From Alphaproteobacteria bacterium (GTDB lineage Bacteria > Pseudomonadota > Alphaproteobacteria > GCA-2746255), in the NCBI GenBank assembly GCA_965249135.1, contig OZ252220.1, positions 640,001 to 704,000 on the forward strand: a stretch of 64,000 bases of DNA, given 5' to 3'. The notes under the pieces are model-generated. The model worked only from the letters and a program-made list of their open reading frames with translations. It was not told the origin of the DNA and ran no database searches. A program made the translations under genes and the position numbers. Within the stretch, counting starts at the first letter, position 1. Each line of letters begins with the position of its first letter. Of the stretch, positions 1 through 11,715 are shown in pieces.

Positions 1-1
1 T

Positions 2-2221
2 CTCGCCTCGCTCAACCTGCTGACCTTCCGCACGGAGACGGGCGGATTCGATATCGAGTCCTTCGCCCACGCCGTGCGTTTGTGGACGATCGCGCTCGAA
101 ATCTCCGTCCTGATGGCGCAATTCCCTTCGAAGGAAATCGCCCTACTTTCCTATCAATACCGCACGCTCGGCCTTGGCTATGCGAATCTCGGCGGCCTGT
201 TGATGGCAAATGGCACGGCTTACGACAGCGAGGAAGGGCGCGCCATTTGCGCGGCCATCAGTGCCATTCTCACCGGCACGTCCTACGCCGCCTCCGCCGA
301 GATGGCGGCCGAGCTCGGCACCTTCGCGCACTTCCCGGAAAACTCCGAAGAAATGCTTCGGATCATCCGCAACCATCGCCGCGCCGCCTATGGTGAGGAG
401 GCGGGCTATGAGGGCCTTGCCGTAAAGCCCATGCCCTTGAAGGCGGAAGCCTGCCCGGATGAAGCGCTTGTGAAGGCGGCCCAGGACGCCTGGGACCGCG
501 CGCTTGAACTCGGCATGCAGTACGGCTACCGGAACGCGCAAGCCACCGTCGTCGCACCGACCGGCACGATCGGTCTCGTCATGGATTGCGACACGACCGG
601 CATCGAGCCGGATTTCGCGATCGTCAAGTTCAAGAAGCTGGCCGGTGGCGGCTACTTCAAGATCATCAATCACATGGTGCCGGTGGCGTTGCGCACGCTT
701 GGCTATTCAAAAGACGCTATCGAAGGGATGGTGCGCTACGCGACCGGCCACGGCACCTTGGAAAACGCGCCCGGAATCAATTTCGAAAGCCTGCGCGTCA
801 AGGGTTTCACCGAGGGCGTGCTGGCGAGCCTCGAAAAGGCGTTGGCGAGCGCCTTCGACATCAAGTTTGCCTTCAACAAATGGACATTCGGCGAGGAGTT
901 CTGCCGCTCTGTCCTCGGCTTCGACGATGATCAATTGAACAACCCGGCCTTCGAACTGTTGCCGGCCCTAGGCTTCACCCGGGAAGAGATCGAAGCCGCG
1001 AACGCGTATTGCTGCGGGGCGATGGCCCTGGAAGGTGCGCCGGAACTGAAAGAGGAGCACCTCGCCGTCTTCGATTGCGCATCCCCTTGCGGGCGATCGA
1101 GCCAGCGCTGCCTTTCCGTCGAAAGCCACATTCGGATGATGGCGGCATCCCAACCTTTCATTTCGGGGGCGATCTCGAAGACGATCAACATGCCGAACCT
1201 GGCAACCGTCGAGGACTGCAAGGAGGCCTATTTCCTTTCCTGGCAATTGGGGCTGAAGGCGAACGCCCTTTACCGCGACGGCTCGAAGCTTTCCCAGCCC
1301 TTGAGTGCGGCCATCTTCGAAGACCTCGAGGACGAAGACGAGGCAGCCGAGAGCCGGATCGAGGCAATGACGGCCGCGCCTGCACCCGTAAAGGCGGCCG
1401 CCTTAGCCGAACAGGTCGTCGAGCTGGCCGTGAACCGTTCCAGGCGGTCGCGGCTTCCCCAACGGCGCAAGGGCTACACGCAAAAGGCCTTGGTTGGCGG
1501 CCACAAGGTGTATTTGCGAACCGGGGAATACGAGGACGGCACCCTTGGCGAAATCTTCCTCGACATGCACAAGGAAGGGGCCGCCTTCCGCAGCCTAATG
1601 AACAATTTCGCGATCGCCATCTCGATCGGCCTGCAATACGGCGTGCCGCTGGAAGAATTCGTCGAGGCCTTCACCTTCACGCGGTTCGAGCCGTCCGGTC
1701 CCGTCGAAGGGAACGAGGCGATCAAGATGGCGACCTCGATCCTGGATTACGTCTTCCGGGAACTCGCCGTTTCCTACCTCAGCCGCAACGATCTGGCCCA
1801 TGCGAGTCCGGAAGATCTCCTGCCAGACAGCCTCGGCATCGGGGACGCGGAAGGCGCGCTTCCGCGGGACGACGCAACCAACGAGGTCTCTGCTGTCGCG
1901 CGGATCGCAAGCCGCGGGTACCTGCGCAAGAACCTTTACGTGCTGAAGGGCGGGCGCAACGGCAACGGACATGGCGCGAAGCCGGCAAAACCGAAGGAAC
2001 CGGTCGGGGCAACAGCAGCCGTAACGGCCCGAGCCGGAACCACGGTGACGGAAATCACCACCACGCAAGTCGCGATGGACGTGGAAGTGGTGCCCATCGT
2101 CGATGCGCGGCTCAAGGGCTATGAGGGGGACGCTTGCAGGGAATGTGGGAATTTTACGCTGGTCCGCAACGGAACCTGCCTCAAATGCGACACCTGCGGG
2201 GAAACGAGCGGATGCAGTTGA
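2..2221 (+). CDS. nrdJ: Vitamin B12-dependent (class II) ribonucleotide reductase, 5'-truncated by the window edge
   Basis: Frame is open from position 2 (LASLNL, tail of the CNLASLNL motif); [21 protein letters not shown] and YRDGSK motifs; C-terminal [13 protein letters not shown] zinc ribbon. Confidence 0.95.
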   Translation, partial: LASLNLLTFRTETGGFDIESFAHAVRLWTIALEISVLMAQFPSKEIALLSYQYRTLGLGYANLGGLLMANGTAYDSEEGRAICAAISAILTGTSYAASAEMAAELGTFAHFPENSEEMLRIIRNHRRAAYGEEAGYEGLAVKPMPLKAEACPDEALVKAAQDAWDRALELGMQYGYRNAQATVVAPTGTIGLVMDCDTTGIEPDFAIVKFKKLAGGGYFKIINHMVPVALRTLGYSKDAIEGMVRYATGHGTLENAPGINFESLRVKGFTEGVLASLEKALASAFDIKFAFNKWTFGEEFCRSVLGFDDDQLNNPAFELLPALGFTREEIEAANAYCCGAMALEGAPELKEEHLAVFDCASPCGRSSQRCLSVESHIRMMAASQPFISGAISKTINMPNLATVEDCKEAYFLSWQLGLKANALYRDGSKLSQPLSAAIFEDLEDEDEAAESRIEAMTAAPAPVKAAALAEQVVELAVNRSRRSRLPQRRKGYTQKALVGGHKVYLRTGEYEDGTLGEIFLDMHKEGAAFRSLMNNFAIAISIGLQYGVPLEEFVEAFTFTRFEPSGPVEGNEAIKMATSILDYVFRELAVSYLSRNDLAHASPEDLLPDSLGIGDAEGALPRDDATNEVSAVARIASRGYLRKNLYVLKGGRNGNGHGAKPAKPKEPVGATAAVTARAGTTVTEITTTQVAMDVEVVPIVDARLKGYEGDACRECGNFTLVRNGTCLKCDTCGETSGCS

Positions 2222-2256
2222 CGTAATTACGAATTCGACTTCCTCCCTGAAGACTT

Positions 2257-2291
2257 GAGGGGTGCAATGTTACGCACCCCTCTTTTTTTTT
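2257..2291 (+). terminator. Rho-independent terminator after nrdJ
   Basis: GAGGGGTGC/GCACCCCTC stem followed by a T9 tract. Confidence 0.85.
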
Positions 2292-2357
2292 ACCGAAACC
2301 CCGGCTGGACCGGATTTTCGGAAACCCCTATCCTCCCTGTCCACCTGGGAAAGAGGC

Positions 2358-2837
2358 ATGACGAAGGCTCAAGAAACACCGGAAGAACGCCTGCGCGCGC
2401 TGGAGATCAAGCTGCCGGAGCCGGCCGCTCCCATCGCCCACTATTTGCCTTACAGCGTCGTCGGAAATCTCGTCTTCGTCTCCGGCCAGATCGCCATCTG
2501 GGAAGGCGTCATGCAGTTCGAGGGAAAGATCGGCGAGGACCTCGGCTTGGTCGAGGCCCGCCAGGCGGCGCGCGTGGCCGTCCTCAACGTGATCGCCCAG
2601 GTGAAGGCGGCCTGCGGCGGCGAGCTTTCCCACGTGAAGCGCTGCGTGCGTTTGGCTGGCTATCTGAACGTCGTGCCCACCTATACGGACCACTCGACGG
2701 TCATGGACCACGCCTCGGACATTCTCATTCAGGTCTTCGGGAGGGACGTCGGGCAACATGCCCGCTTCGTCATCGGGGCGAACTCGTTGCCGAAGAATTC
2801 ACCGATCGAGATCGAGGGCATCTTCGAAATCGCGTGA
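2358..2837 (+). CDS. RidA/YjgF family protein
   Basis: PIAHYLP, VFVSGQI, GQHAR and IEIEGIFEI motifs; ATG at 2358 follows AAGAGG. Confidence 0.85.
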   Translation: MTKAQETPEERLRALEIKLPEPAAPIAHYLPYSVVGNLVFVSGQIAIWEGVMQFEGKIGEDLGLVEARQAARVAVLNVIAQVKAACGGELSHVKRCVRLAGYLNVVPTYTDHSTVMDHASDILIQVFGRDVGQHARFVIGANSLPKNSPIEIEGIFEIA

Positions 2838-2844
2838 ATGGGAT

Positions 2845-5142
2845 CTAATCGACGAGTTCGGTATCGGCCGTGCGGCCCTTCGGGCCGGAGTCCTTGCCGT
2901 CGGGATAGGTGAAGACGAGATCCCCGTCGCTCACGTCGATCCGAACGTAGCCGCCCTTCTCGAGCCGGCCGAAGAGAAGTTCTTCCGAGAGCGCCCGTTT
3001 CACCTGCTCCTCGATGACGCGGGCAAGCGGCCGGGCACCATATCGATCGTCGTAGCCCTTCTTCGCTAGCCAGGCGCGGGCCGCCTCCGTGAGCTCGATC
3101 GAAACCCCGCGATCCAAAAGCTGCGTTTCCAGCTGAATGATGAACTTGTCGACGACCTTCGCCATGATCTCCGGGGTGAGGCTCGCAAACGCAATCGTCG
3201 CATCCAGCCGGTTGCGGAATTCCGGCGAGAACAGGCGCTCGATCGCCTCCTGATCGTCGCCTTCCCGTTTCACACGTTCGAAGCCGACGGCGTGCTTCGT
3301 CATTTCCATGGCGCCGGCGTTCGTCGTCATGACGAGAATGACGTTTCGAAAATCGATCGCCTTTCCGTTGTGATCCGTGAGCTTGCCGTGATCCATGATC
3401 TGCAGCAGCAGACTGAAAAGGTCCGGATGCGCCTTTTCGACCTCATCCAGCAGCAACACCGCATGGGGATGCTGGTCGATGGCGTCCGTCAACAGGCCGC
3501 CCTGATCGAATCCGACATAGCCGGGCGGCGCGCCGATCAGACGCGAGACCGTGTGCCGCTCCATGTATTCCGACATGTCGAAACGCACGAGTTCGATCCC
3601 CAGCGTCAGCGCCAACTGGCGTGCCACCTCCGTCTTGCCAACCCCCGTGGGACCCGAGAAGAGGTAGCAGCCGATCGGCTTCTCCACCTCACGCAAACCG
3701 GCCCGCGCCAGTTTGATCGAGCTCGCGAGCGCCCCGATCGCTTCGTCCTGGCCATAGACCATCGTCTTCAGGTCGCAATCGAGATTGCGAAGCGATTCCT
3801 TGTCGTCCTTCGTGACGGTCTTCGGCGGAATGCGCGCGATTCCGGCGACGATACGCTCGACATCCTTGACGGTGATCTTCTTGCGGCGCTTGTTTTCCGG
3901 CAGCAGCACTTGCGAAGCACCTGCTTCGTCGATGACGTCGAGCGCCTTATCGGGCAAGCGCCGGTCCGTGATGTAGCGCGCCGAAAGCTCGACGGCGGCG
4001 CGAATCGCCTCCGCCGTGTAACGCACGCCATGATGCTTTTCGTAGTGCGGTTTCAGTCCGCGCAGGATCTTGATCGAATCACTTTGCGACGGCTCGTTCA
4101 CGTCGATCTTCTGGAACCGGCGGACCAGCGCCCGGTCCTTCTCGAAATAGTTCCGGTATTCCTTATAGGGCGTCGAGCCGATGCAGCGGAGATTGCCGCT
4201 GGCAAGCGCCGGTTTCAAAAGGTTCGAGGCGTCTATCGACCCGCCGCTGGTGGCGCCCGCCCCAATCACGGTGTGGATTTCGTCGATGAAAAGGATGGAG
4301 CTCGGAATCGAATCGAGCTCGGTAAGCACCGCCTTGACCCTTTCTTCGAAATCGCCGCGATAGCGCGTGCCCGCCAAAAGCGAGCCCATGTCCAGGGAGT
4401 AGATCGTCGTGGTCCGAAGGACCTCCGGCACCTCCCCGTCTACGATCCGGCGCGCCAGGCCCTCGGCGATCGCCGTCTTGCCGACCCCCGGATCGCCGAC
4501 GTAAAGCGGATTGTTCTTCGTGCGCCGGCAAAGAATCTGGATCGTGCGTTCGACTTCCGCTTCGCGACCAATCAATGGGTCGACCTTCCCGGCCCGGGCC
4601 TTCGCGTTCAGATTGACGCAGTAGGACTCCAGCGCCTCGAAGCCGGCCTTGAGGATGTCTTCTTCCTCTTCCTCGGCGCCGCGAACGGTGCGTGTCTCGG
4701 CATTTTCGGTCACCTTCGCGATACCATGAGAGATGTAGTTCACGGCATCCAACCGCGACATGTTCTGTTCCTGCAGGAAATAGATCGCGTGGGATTCGCG
4801 CTCGGCGAACATCGAAACGAGCACGTTGGCGCCCGTCACCTCTTCGCGCCCTGCCGACTGGACATGAATGGCTGCCCGCTGAAGCACCCGCTGGAAACCC
4901 GCCGTCGGCTTCGGATCCCCGCTGTCCTCACGGGAAAGAAAGGCAAGATCGTTGTCCAAATAGTCGATGAGATCGCAGCGAAGCCGCTCAAGATCGATGC
5001 CGCAGGCGCGCAGCACCGCCACCGAGTCCCGATCCTCCGTCAGCGCCAACAGCAGATGCTCGAGCGTCGCAAACTCATGGCTGCGCTCGTTGGAGAGCGC
5101 AAGCGCACGGTGCAGACTCTGTTCCAGGTTACGAGAAAGCAA
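2845..5142 (-). CDS. clpA: ATP-dependent Clp protease ATP-binding subunit ClpA
   Basis: Two AAA+ modules ([16 protein letters not shown]), Clp N domain, directly downstream of clpS. Confidence 0.97.
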   Translation of the reverse strand: MLSRNLEQSLHRALALSNERSHEFATLEHLLLALTEDRDSVAVLRACGIDLERLRCDLIDYLDNDLAFLSREDSGDPKPTAGFQRVLQRAAIHVQSAGREEVTGANVLVSMFAERESHAIYFLQEQNMSRLDAVNYISHGIAKVTENAETRTVRGAEEEEEDILKAGFEALESYCVNLNAKARAGKVDPLIGREAEVERTIQILCRRTKNNPLYVGDPGVGKTAIAEGLARRIVDGEVPEVLRTTTIYSLDMGSLLAGTRYRGDFEERVKAVLTELDSIPSSILFIDEIHTVIGAGATSGGSIDASNLLKPALASGNLRCIGSTPYKEYRNYFEKDRALVRRFQKIDVNEPSQSDSIKILRGLKPHYEKHHGVRYTAEAIRAAVELSARYITDRRLPDKALDVIDEAGASQVLLPENKRRKKITVKDVERIVAGIARIPPKTVTKDDKESLRNLDCDLKTMVYGQDEAIGALASSIKLARAGLREVEKPIGCYLFSGPTGVGKTEVARQLALTLGIELVRFDMSEYMERHTVSRLIGAPPGYVGFDQGGLLTDAIDQHPHAVLLLDEVEKAHPDLFSLLLQIMDHGKLTDHNGKAIDFRNVILVMTTNAGAMEMTKHAVGFERVKREGDDQEAIERLFSPEFRNRLDATIAFASLTPEIMAKVVDKFIIQLETQLLDRGVSIELTEAARAWLAKKGYDDRYGARPLARVIEEQVKRALSEELLFGRLEKGGYVRIDVSDGDLVFTYPDGKDSGPKGRTADTELVD

Positions 5143-5145
5143 TGT

Positions 5146-5472
5146 CTACTCCTTCTCCAACGTGCATTGCAGCGGATGCTGATGCTGACGGGCAAAATCG
5201 ACAACCTGCTGCACCTTCGTCTCGGCGACCTCGTAGGTATAGACGCCACAGATTCCAACGCCGCGCTGGTGGACGTGCATCATGATGTGGGTGGCCTCGT
5301 CCCGATCCTTGCTGAAGAACCGCTCGAGGAGAAGGACGACGAATTCCATCGGCGTGTAATCGTCGTTCAGCATCAAGACCTTATACATGGACGGCCGCTT
5401 CGTCTTCGGCCGGCTCTTGACGATGACGCCGGGAGTCGTCCCCTCGCCGCCTTTTGGAGGTTGCGTCGTCAT
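5146..5472 (-). CDS. clpS: Clp protease adaptor ClpS
   Basis: [17 protein letters not shown] and HPLQCTLE motifs. Confidence 0.97.
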   Translation of the reverse strand: MTTQPPKGGEGTTPGVIVKSRPKTKRPSMYKVLMLNDDYTPMEFVVLLLERFFSKDRDEATHIMMHVHQRGVGICGVYTYEVAETKVQQVVDFARQHQHPLQCTLEKE

Positions 5473-5598
5473 GGCTTTACCGATGGTGTCCCATTTCTAT
5501 TTGTCCACAGGCTAACACAATGGAATCTAATACGATTACGTTTGGATCGCCATACAAACCTGCATTTGCGACCGGAACACCAGTATGACGTAAGCAGT

Positions 5599-5613
5599 TT
5601 AAACGAAAATTAA
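5599..5613. promoter_or_regulatory. Putative CtrA-binding site (TTAA-N7-TTAA)
   Basis: TTAA-ACGAAAA-TTAA in the clpS/carboxypeptidase divergent intergenic region. Confidence 0.55.
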
Positions 5614-5704
5614 ACCTCACCCGCCACATTACCAGCCACATTGGTCGACCTGGCCACACGCGCCGAAAACCGGCAAAAACCGAGTGCCCGACCGGCAATG
5701 AGGG

Positions 5705-6839
5705 ATGCCCAGCTTCCACAAAAGCCTGCCCCGTTTTCGTGCCTTTGCGATCGTCACGGCGCTGGCCCTGGCGTGCCTCGCCACGCCCACCTCGGCCACC
5801 GAGACGGCCTCCATCGTCATCGACGCAAAAAGCGGCGCCATTCTTCATGGCGAGGCCATCGACCGGGCGGTGCACCCGGCGTCCTTGGCGAAGATGATGA
5901 CGCTTTACCTGACCTTCGAGGCGTTAAAGGGTCGGGCCTTTCGCGCCGGAACGCGGCTTAAAACCTCCGCCCACGCCGCCCGGCAACTGCCTGCCCGTTT
6001 GGGGCTTCGCCGTGGGGATGCCATCACCGTGCAGGATCGATCCTCGCCCTCGTCACGAAGTCGGCGAACGACGCCGCCGTCGTTCTGGCGGAAGCGATTT
6101 CCGGAAGCGAGGCCCGTTTCGCCGATCGGATGAACGCCAAGGCAAAACACTTAGGTCTGCGGAATACGTTCTTTCGGAACGCCTCCGGCCTTCACAGCGG
6201 CAGACAGCGAAGCACGGCGCGCGATCTTGCCCTTCTCGCCGGGGCACTTTTTAGGGATCTCCCGGAATACGCCCCCTATTTCGCGGTCCAGAAATTTCGC
6301 TTCAAGGGCAGGACCCATCAAAACCATAACGACTTCCTGAAGAGCTATCCGGGCGCGGATGGCATCAAGACCGGCTATATCCGTGCCTCCGGTTACAATT
6401 TAGCGGCCTCCGTGAGCCGCGGGGGAAAGCGGTTGATCGGCATCGTGCTCGGCGAAAAATCCCCCGATGCCCGCGGGCAGCGGATGCATACCCTTTTCGA
6501 CCATGCCTTTCGAACCGCCGCCATCCTGGACCGAAGCTGGGAGATCCGGGTCGGCGACGTCGCCCGCCTTGCCACCGCCCATCTCGTCGCCTCCAGTGCG
6601 GCACGCCGGGTGCCGGAGACCTGCTGCGGCGCGCCGACCTCACCATCTCGACCGTGCGCAACAAGCAGGGCACGCTTTATCGCGCCCGTTTCCTCGGCAT
6701 TCGGGAATCCTTGGCACGCAAGGCCTGCGAAAACTTGCAGGCAAACGGGATCGCCTGCGACATCGTCTCCCCTTTCCAGGCAAACCTGGTCGGGCGCGCC
6801 TGGACGAAGTCGGATGATGGGCCCTTGATCGAAGGCTAG
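5705..6839 (+). pseudogene. D-alanyl-D-alanine carboxypeptidase (peptidase S11) with C-terminal SPOR-like domain; two apparent frameshifts (~6038, ~6615)
   Basis: Signal peptide and PASLAKMMT (SxxK) in the first frame; KSANDAA and GIKTGY in a second frame; LYRARFLG..ARKACENL..IAC in a different frame again. Could be assembly error. Confidence 0.8.
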
Positions 6840-8230
6840 ATGGGTGGCGGCTCGACCCCGCTTGCACGAAGCTCCGCCACAAGCTCCCCCTTCAAACGCT
6901 CGAGCGTTTCTGTATCCTTCGCCTCGACTCGGGCGACCAGGACGGCCTGGGTGTTCGACGCACGCAGCAACCACCAGCCTTCCGGCGTTTCGACCCGAAC
7001 GCCATCCACGTCGTTAACGGTGAAACCCGCATCCAAGCCCCTTTCGTTAAGCCGCGCCTTCACCTCTTCCAGCACCGCGAATTTTCGCTCGTCCGGGCAG
7101 GACAGACGAAGTTCCGGCGTGTTCAGCGGACTTGGCAGGTCGTCCCGCATCTGGGCCAGGCTCTTCTTCGAACGTGCCACGATGTCGAGGATCCGAACCG
7201 CCGCATACAGCGCATCGTCGAAGCCGTAATAGTGATCGGCGAAGAAGATATGCCCGCTCATTTCCCCGGCCAGAGGGGCTTTCAATTCCGCCATCTTCGC
7301 CTTGATCAGCGAATGGCCCGTCCGCCACATGACCGGCTCGCCACCGGCCTTTGCGATTTCATCGAAGAGGGCTTGGCTTGCCTTGACGTCGGCGATGATC
7401 GGGGCCCCCGGATGAGCCTTCAGCACGTCCTTCGCGAAAATCCCCATTAACTGATCTCCCCACAGCACCCTTCCCTCGCCGTCGAGGACGCCGATGCGAT
7501 CCCCGTCCCCATCGAAGGCGACCCCGAGATCACAACCCTGCTCGAGAACGGTTGCGCGAAGCTGCTCCAGATTCGCCTCGACCGTCGGATCGGGATGATG
7601 AACGGGAAAGGTGCCATCGATTTCTGCGTTCAGCAGGTGATGGGTTCCGGGAAGCCGCTCGGCGAGTGCTACCATCGCCTCGCCGGCCACCCCGTTCCCG
7701 GCATCCCAGGCAACGTTCAACGCACGTTCGCCGTGATAATCCTCGACCAGCCGGGCGATATAGGCGGGAAAGAAGTTCTCTTCCGTTACGCTCCCCTTTC
7801 CTTCCGCGAAATCGCCCTTGGCCGCGAGTCGGGCGAGCTCCCGGATCGCCTCCCCATAGAAGGAGGCGCCGTCGCGCACCATCTTGAAACCGTTGTGATC
7901 CGGCGGGTTGTGCGAGCCGGTGACCATGATCCCCCCGTCCGCCTTCGTCGTCTTCGCCGCGAAGTAGAGCATCGGCGTCGGCCCGCGACCAACCCGATGC
8001 ACGTTGAGTCCGGCCGCCATCAGTCCTTCGACCAGCGCCCGTTCGAGGGCGGGTGAACTTAGCCTGCCGTCATAACCGACCATCACCTTCGTGCCGCCGG
8101 AACGAACGAGCAGGGTCCCGAGGGCGCGTCCGATCGCGTTCGCGTCGGCTTCCGTCACCGTTTCGTCGACGATGCCGCGGATGTCGTATTCGCGAAGGAT
8201 GGTCGGGTCGAAATGATGCGGGGCACCCAT
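6836..8230 (-). CDS. Phosphomannomutase/phosphoglucomutase (AlgC/ExoC type)
   Basis: REYDIRG, TGSHNP, FDGDGDR and GEMSGH motifs; likely start at 8230. Confidence 0.93.
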   Translation of the reverse strand: MGAPHHFDPTILREYDIRGIVDETVTEADANAIGRALGTLLVRSGGTKVMVGYDGRLSSPALERALVEGLMAAGLNVHRVGRGPTPMLYFAAKTTKADGGIMVTGSHNPPDHNGFKMVRDGASFYGEAIRELARLAAKGDFAEGKGSVTEENFFPAYIARLVEDYHGERALNVAWDAGNGVAGEAMVALAERLPGTHHLLNAEIDGTFPVHHPDPTVEANLEQLRATVLEQGCDLGVAFDGDGDRIGVLDGEGRVLWGDQLMGIFAKDVLKAHPGAPIIADVKASQALFDEIAKAGGEPVMWRTGHSLIKAKMAELKAPLAGEMSGHIFFADHYYGFDDALYAAVRILDIVARSKKSLAQMRDDLPSPLNTPELRLSCPDERKFAVLEEVKARLNERGLDAGFTVNDVDGVRVETPEGWWLLRASNTQAVLVARVEAKDTETLERLKGELVAELRASGVEPPPI

Positions 8231-8235
8231 GAAGC

Positions 8236-9552
8236 TCACGCCGTCGACGGCGGCCGTCCAATCGCCCGGTAATCGAATCCGGCGGCCCGCATTTCTGTCG
8301 GGTTGCAAACGTTCCGAAGATCGACGACGACGGGATGGCGCAGGCATTGCTTCATGCGCTCAACGTCGAGATTCCTGAACTCGTTCCATTCCGTCAGGAT
8401 GACGAGCGCATCCGCACCTTCCATGGCCTCATACGAATCCGCACAATAGGTCACATTCTTCAGATGCTTCTTGGCTTCGGCCATGCCCTCCGGATCGAAG
8501 ACGCGCACATGAACGCCCGCCCCTTCAAGGGCCGGCACGATGTCGAGACTTGGGCTCTCGCGGATATCGTCTGTGTTTGGTTTGAAAGTGAGGCCCAGGA
8601 TCGCGACCGTCTTACCGGAAGGCTTTGCGCCTAAGGCCCCAAGGATTCGTTCCGCCATCTGTTTCTTGCGTGCCTCGTTCACCTCGACGACCGTTTCGAT
8701 CAGGCGCAGCGGAGAGGACGCGCGTCTCGCCATCTCGACAAGCGCGCGCGTGTCCTTCGGGAAGCACGACCCGCCATAGCCCGGCCCCGGATGCAGAAAC
8801 TTGGAACCGATCCGGCCGTCAAGGCCGATGCCGCTTGCCACTTCGTGGACGTCGGCTCCCACCTTCTCGCAGAGATCGGCGATCTCGTTCATGAAGGTCA
8901 CCTTCATGGCGAGGAAACTATTCGAGGCGTATTTCGTGAGTTCCGCAGCCTCCAACGTCGTAAAGTGGATCGGCGTTTCGATCAAATAGAGGGGGCGATA
9001 GATCTTGCGCATGACCTCGCGCGCCTTCTCCGATTCGGCCCCGATGATAACGCGGTCCGGCCGCATGAAATCGCCGAGCGCCGATCCTTCCCGAAGGAAT
9101 TCCGGGTTCGATACGACGTCGATGTCGCATTCGGGCGCGAGCTTGCGAAACATGTCCTGGACTTCCCTTGCCGTACCCACCGGCACGGTCGATTTCATGA
9201 CGATGACGGTATAGCCGTCCAACGCCTTCGCGATTTCTTCCACGGCGCCGTAAACGTAGGTGAGGTCCGCATAGCCGTCGCCATGACGGCTTGGGGTACC
9301 AACGGAAATGAAGACGGCATCCGCGGCACGAACGGCAGCGGCGAGGTCCGTCGTAAAGGAAAGGCGGTTGGCGCCGAGGTTCGACGCAACCAAGGCATCG
9401 AGGCCGGGCTCATAAATCGGGATTTCCGCCTGGCGCAATTGCTCGATCTTTGCCGCGTCCTGATCGACGCAGGCGACGTCGATGCCGAACTCGGAGAAGC
9501 AGGCGCCGGACACAAGGCCCACATAGCCAACTCCAACCATCGCAATCCGCAT
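8236..9552 (-). CDS. ugd: UDP-glucose 6-dehydrogenase
   Basis: GVGYVG, SNPEFLREG, GYGGSCFPKD and FKPNTDDIRES motifs. Confidence 0.95.
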   Translation of the reverse strand: MRIAMVGVGYVGLVSGACFSEFGIDVACVDQDAAKIEQLRQAEIPIYEPGLDALVASNLGANRLSFTTDLAAAVRAADAVFISVGTPSRHGDGYADLTYVYGAVEEIAKALDGYTVIVMKSTVPVGTAREVQDMFRKLAPECDIDVVSNPEFLREGSALGDFMRPDRVIIGAESEKAREVMRKIYRPLYLIETPIHFTTLEAAELTKYASNSFLAMKVTFMNEIADLCEKVGADVHEVASGIGLDGRIGSKFLHPGPGYGGSCFPKDTRALVEMARRASSPLRLIETVVEVNEARKKQMAERILGALGAKPSGKTVAILGLTFKPNTDDIRESPSLDIVPALEGAGVHVRVFDPEGMAEAKKHLKNVTYCADSYEAMEGADALVILTEWNEFRNLDVERMKQCLRHPVVVDLRNVCNPTEMRAAGFDYRAIGRPPSTA

Positions 9553-9595
9553 GGGGTTCTACTCCGCAAAACCGGCTCTCACGCCGGTTTGAATC

Positions 9596-10483
9596 CTAAT
9601 TCCTCTTAGCATAGCCTTCGAGCATGGCGCATGCGCTTTCACGGAATTCTTCCCGCGCCAGTGCATAGGCGATGTTCGCTTCCAAAAGACCCAAGCGGTC
9701 GCCGCAATCGAACCGGCGTCCTTCGAAGCGAAGGCCGTGGAAGGGTGCCTCACCGATCATCCGCGTCATGGCGTCCGTCAACTGAATCTCGCTGCCCATG
9801 CCGCGTTGCCGCTCCGACAGAAAATCGAAGATCGCCGGTTGCAGGACGTAACGGCCGATGATGGAAAGCGTCGAGGGCGCTTGGGCCGGATCCGGCTTTT
9901 CGACCAGCCCCCGCACCTCCGCCAGACGGCCGTCGTCCTTGCCGACCTCAAGCACGCCATAGCGACGCGTCTGCTCGCGCGGCACCTCCATCACGGCGAC
10001 GACGTTCCCCCCCTTCTCCTCATAAACGTCGAGCAACTGCCGGAGGCAGGGCGTCTTGCCTTGGACGAGGTCATCGGGAAGAAGCACGGCGAAGGGCTCC
10101 TTGCCGACCAGCTCGCGGGCGCACCAGACCGCGTGCCCAAGCCCAAGCGGTTCCGTCTGCAGCGTAAATTTCAATCGGTCCGGAGCCGGCAGATAATCGG
10201 TCACGGCTTTCAGGGCTTCGGTCTTGCCTTGTACATCCAACGCGTGGGCAAGCTCCGGGTCGGGCCGGAAATGGGCCTCGATGGCCTCCTTGCCCGGCCC
10301 CGTCACGAAAATGAATTCCTCGATCCCGGAGGCCCGTGATTCCTCCAGCGCGTATTGGATCAACGGCCGGTCGACGACCGGCAGCATTTCCTTCGGAATG
10401 GCCTTCGTGGCCGGCAGGAACCGGGTGCCAAGCCCGGCAACCGGAAAAACCACCTTACGAATGGGTTGCGGCATCGCGTCCAC
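9596..10483 (-). CDS. galU: UTP--glucose-1-phosphate uridylyltransferase
   Basis: PVAGLGTRFLPATKAIPKEMLP, LGLGHAV and VEKP motifs. Confidence 0.96.
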   Translation of the reverse strand: MDAMPQPIRKVVFPVAGLGTRFLPATKAIPKEMLPVVDRPLIQYALEESRASGIEEFIFVTGPGKEAIEAHFRPDPELAHALDVQGKTEALKAVTDYLPAPDRLKFTLQTEPLGLGHAVWCARELVGKEPFAVLLPDDLVQGKTPCLRQLLDVYEEKGGNVVAVMEVPREQTRRYGVLEVGKDDGRLAEVRGLVEKPDPAQAPSTLSIIGRYVLQPAIFDFLSERQRGMGSEIQLTDAMTRMIGEAPFHGLRFEGRRFDCGDRLGLLEANIAYALAREEFRESACAMLEGYAKRN

Positions 10484-10489
10484 GACCCC

Positions 10490-11413
10490 CTAGACCGGGT
10501 CCCAATGGAAGACGTCGGCGGAGCGCTCCAGCGGATAGAGCTGGTCACCAAACGCCGGCAGCAATTCCTCGGCAATCGCCTCCGGCGTCCAGCCTTCGCC
10601 ACGATGGATCTTCGCAAGCGGTCTGGGCTGGCTCATCAGGAAAATCTCATTCCTGCGCACGGCGAAAATCTGGCCGGTCACGTCCTTGGCGGCGTCGCTG
10701 GCCAGAAAGACCGCCAGCGGCGCGATCTTGGCGGGTGTCATCTGCTTCAGCTTGTCGACCCGGGCCTGCTGCTCAGGCGTGTCCGTCGGGATCGAGCCGA
10801 TCATCCGGCTCCAGGCAAAAGGCGAGATGCAGTTCGAGCGCACGTTGTAGCGGGCCATGTCGAGCGCGATCGATTTCGAAAGCGCCGCGATCCCGAGCTT
10901 CGCCGCCGAATAGTTCGCCTGACCAACATTGCCGATGAGGCCCGAGGTCGAGGTCATGTGGATGAAGGTGCCGCTCTCCTGCTCGCGAAAATAGGGCGCG
11001 GCCGCGCGGGAAACCAGGAAGGAGCCGTTCAGATGCACATCAATCACCGCCCGCCAGTCTGTCTCCATCATCTTGTGAAAGATGCCGTCCCGGAGAATGC
11101 CGGCATTGTTGACGACGCAGTCGATCCGCCCAAACGAATCGATGGCGGTGTTGACGATGTTCGCGGCGCCAGACGCCGCCGTCACGCTATCGACATTGGT
11201 AACCGCTTCCCCCCCGGCCTCGCGAATCTCCACCGCGACCGTCGTGGCAAGGGAGGCGTCGGCGCCGGTGCCATCGAGTGAGCCCCCGACGTCGTTCACC
11301 ACGACGCGCCCGCCGGCCGCCGCCATGAGAAGGGCGATCTCACGGCCGATGCCGCGCCCGGCGCCGGTGACGAGGACGACCTTGCCGACGATCATGCCTT
11401 TTTTCTTTTCCAT
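10490..11413 (-). CDS. SDR family oxidoreductase (3-hydroxyacyl-CoA dehydrogenase-like)
   Basis: TGAGRGIG, NNAGILRD and YSAAK motifs. Confidence 0.9.
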   Translation of the reverse strand: MEKKKGMIVGKVVLVTGAGRGIGREIALLMAAAGGRVVVNDVGGSLDGTGADASLATTVAVEIREAGGEAVTNVDSVTAASGAANIVNTAIDSFGRIDCVVNNAGILRDGIFHKMMETDWRAVIDVHLNGSFLVSRAAAPYFREQESGTFIHMTSTSGLIGNVGQANYSAAKLGIAALSKSIALDMARYNVRSNCISPFAWSRMIGSIPTDTPEQQARVDKLKQMTPAKIAPLAVFLASDAAKDVTGQIFAVRRNEIFLMSQPRPLAKIHRGEGWTPEAIAEELLPAFGDQLYPLERSADVFHWDPV

Positions 11414-11603
11414 TTGCCCCCTGGTGGCCCCTTTTCCGCGCGCGTCGGACCCTTAATGTTCGTGCGGCACGATGCTGTCAAGCGCTACCTCCGAGACGGA
11501 AATCGCCGGTCCGACCCGGCTTTTCACTTCCGAGCCCGAGGCCGACCCGCGTCTCGCGATCTACAATTTATACGAGAGTATTTTCGATAAATTACACGCG
11601 TTA

Positions 11604-11618
11604 TTAAATCCATATTAA
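11604..11618. promoter_or_regulatory. Putative CtrA-binding site upstream of the chemoreceptor gene
   Basis: TTAA-ATCCATA-TTAA in an AT-rich leader about 100 bp before the start. Confidence 0.6.
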
Positions 11619-11715
11619 TAATTAACACGCATTACTTGCGCAAATACTCAACCGTCGCATGTCTTGTGTCCCCGAAAGGCGGCGGAGGAAAACCGCCAAA
11701 AGAGGGAACAATCAG

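Noticed and set aside
2-2221. Intein or intron in nrdJ
   Set aside because: The visible part is continuous with no splicing or endonuclease motifs
3292-5613. 773-aa ORF on the + strand
   Set aside because: Antisense shadow of clpA/clpS caused by GC-rich codon bias; no motifs
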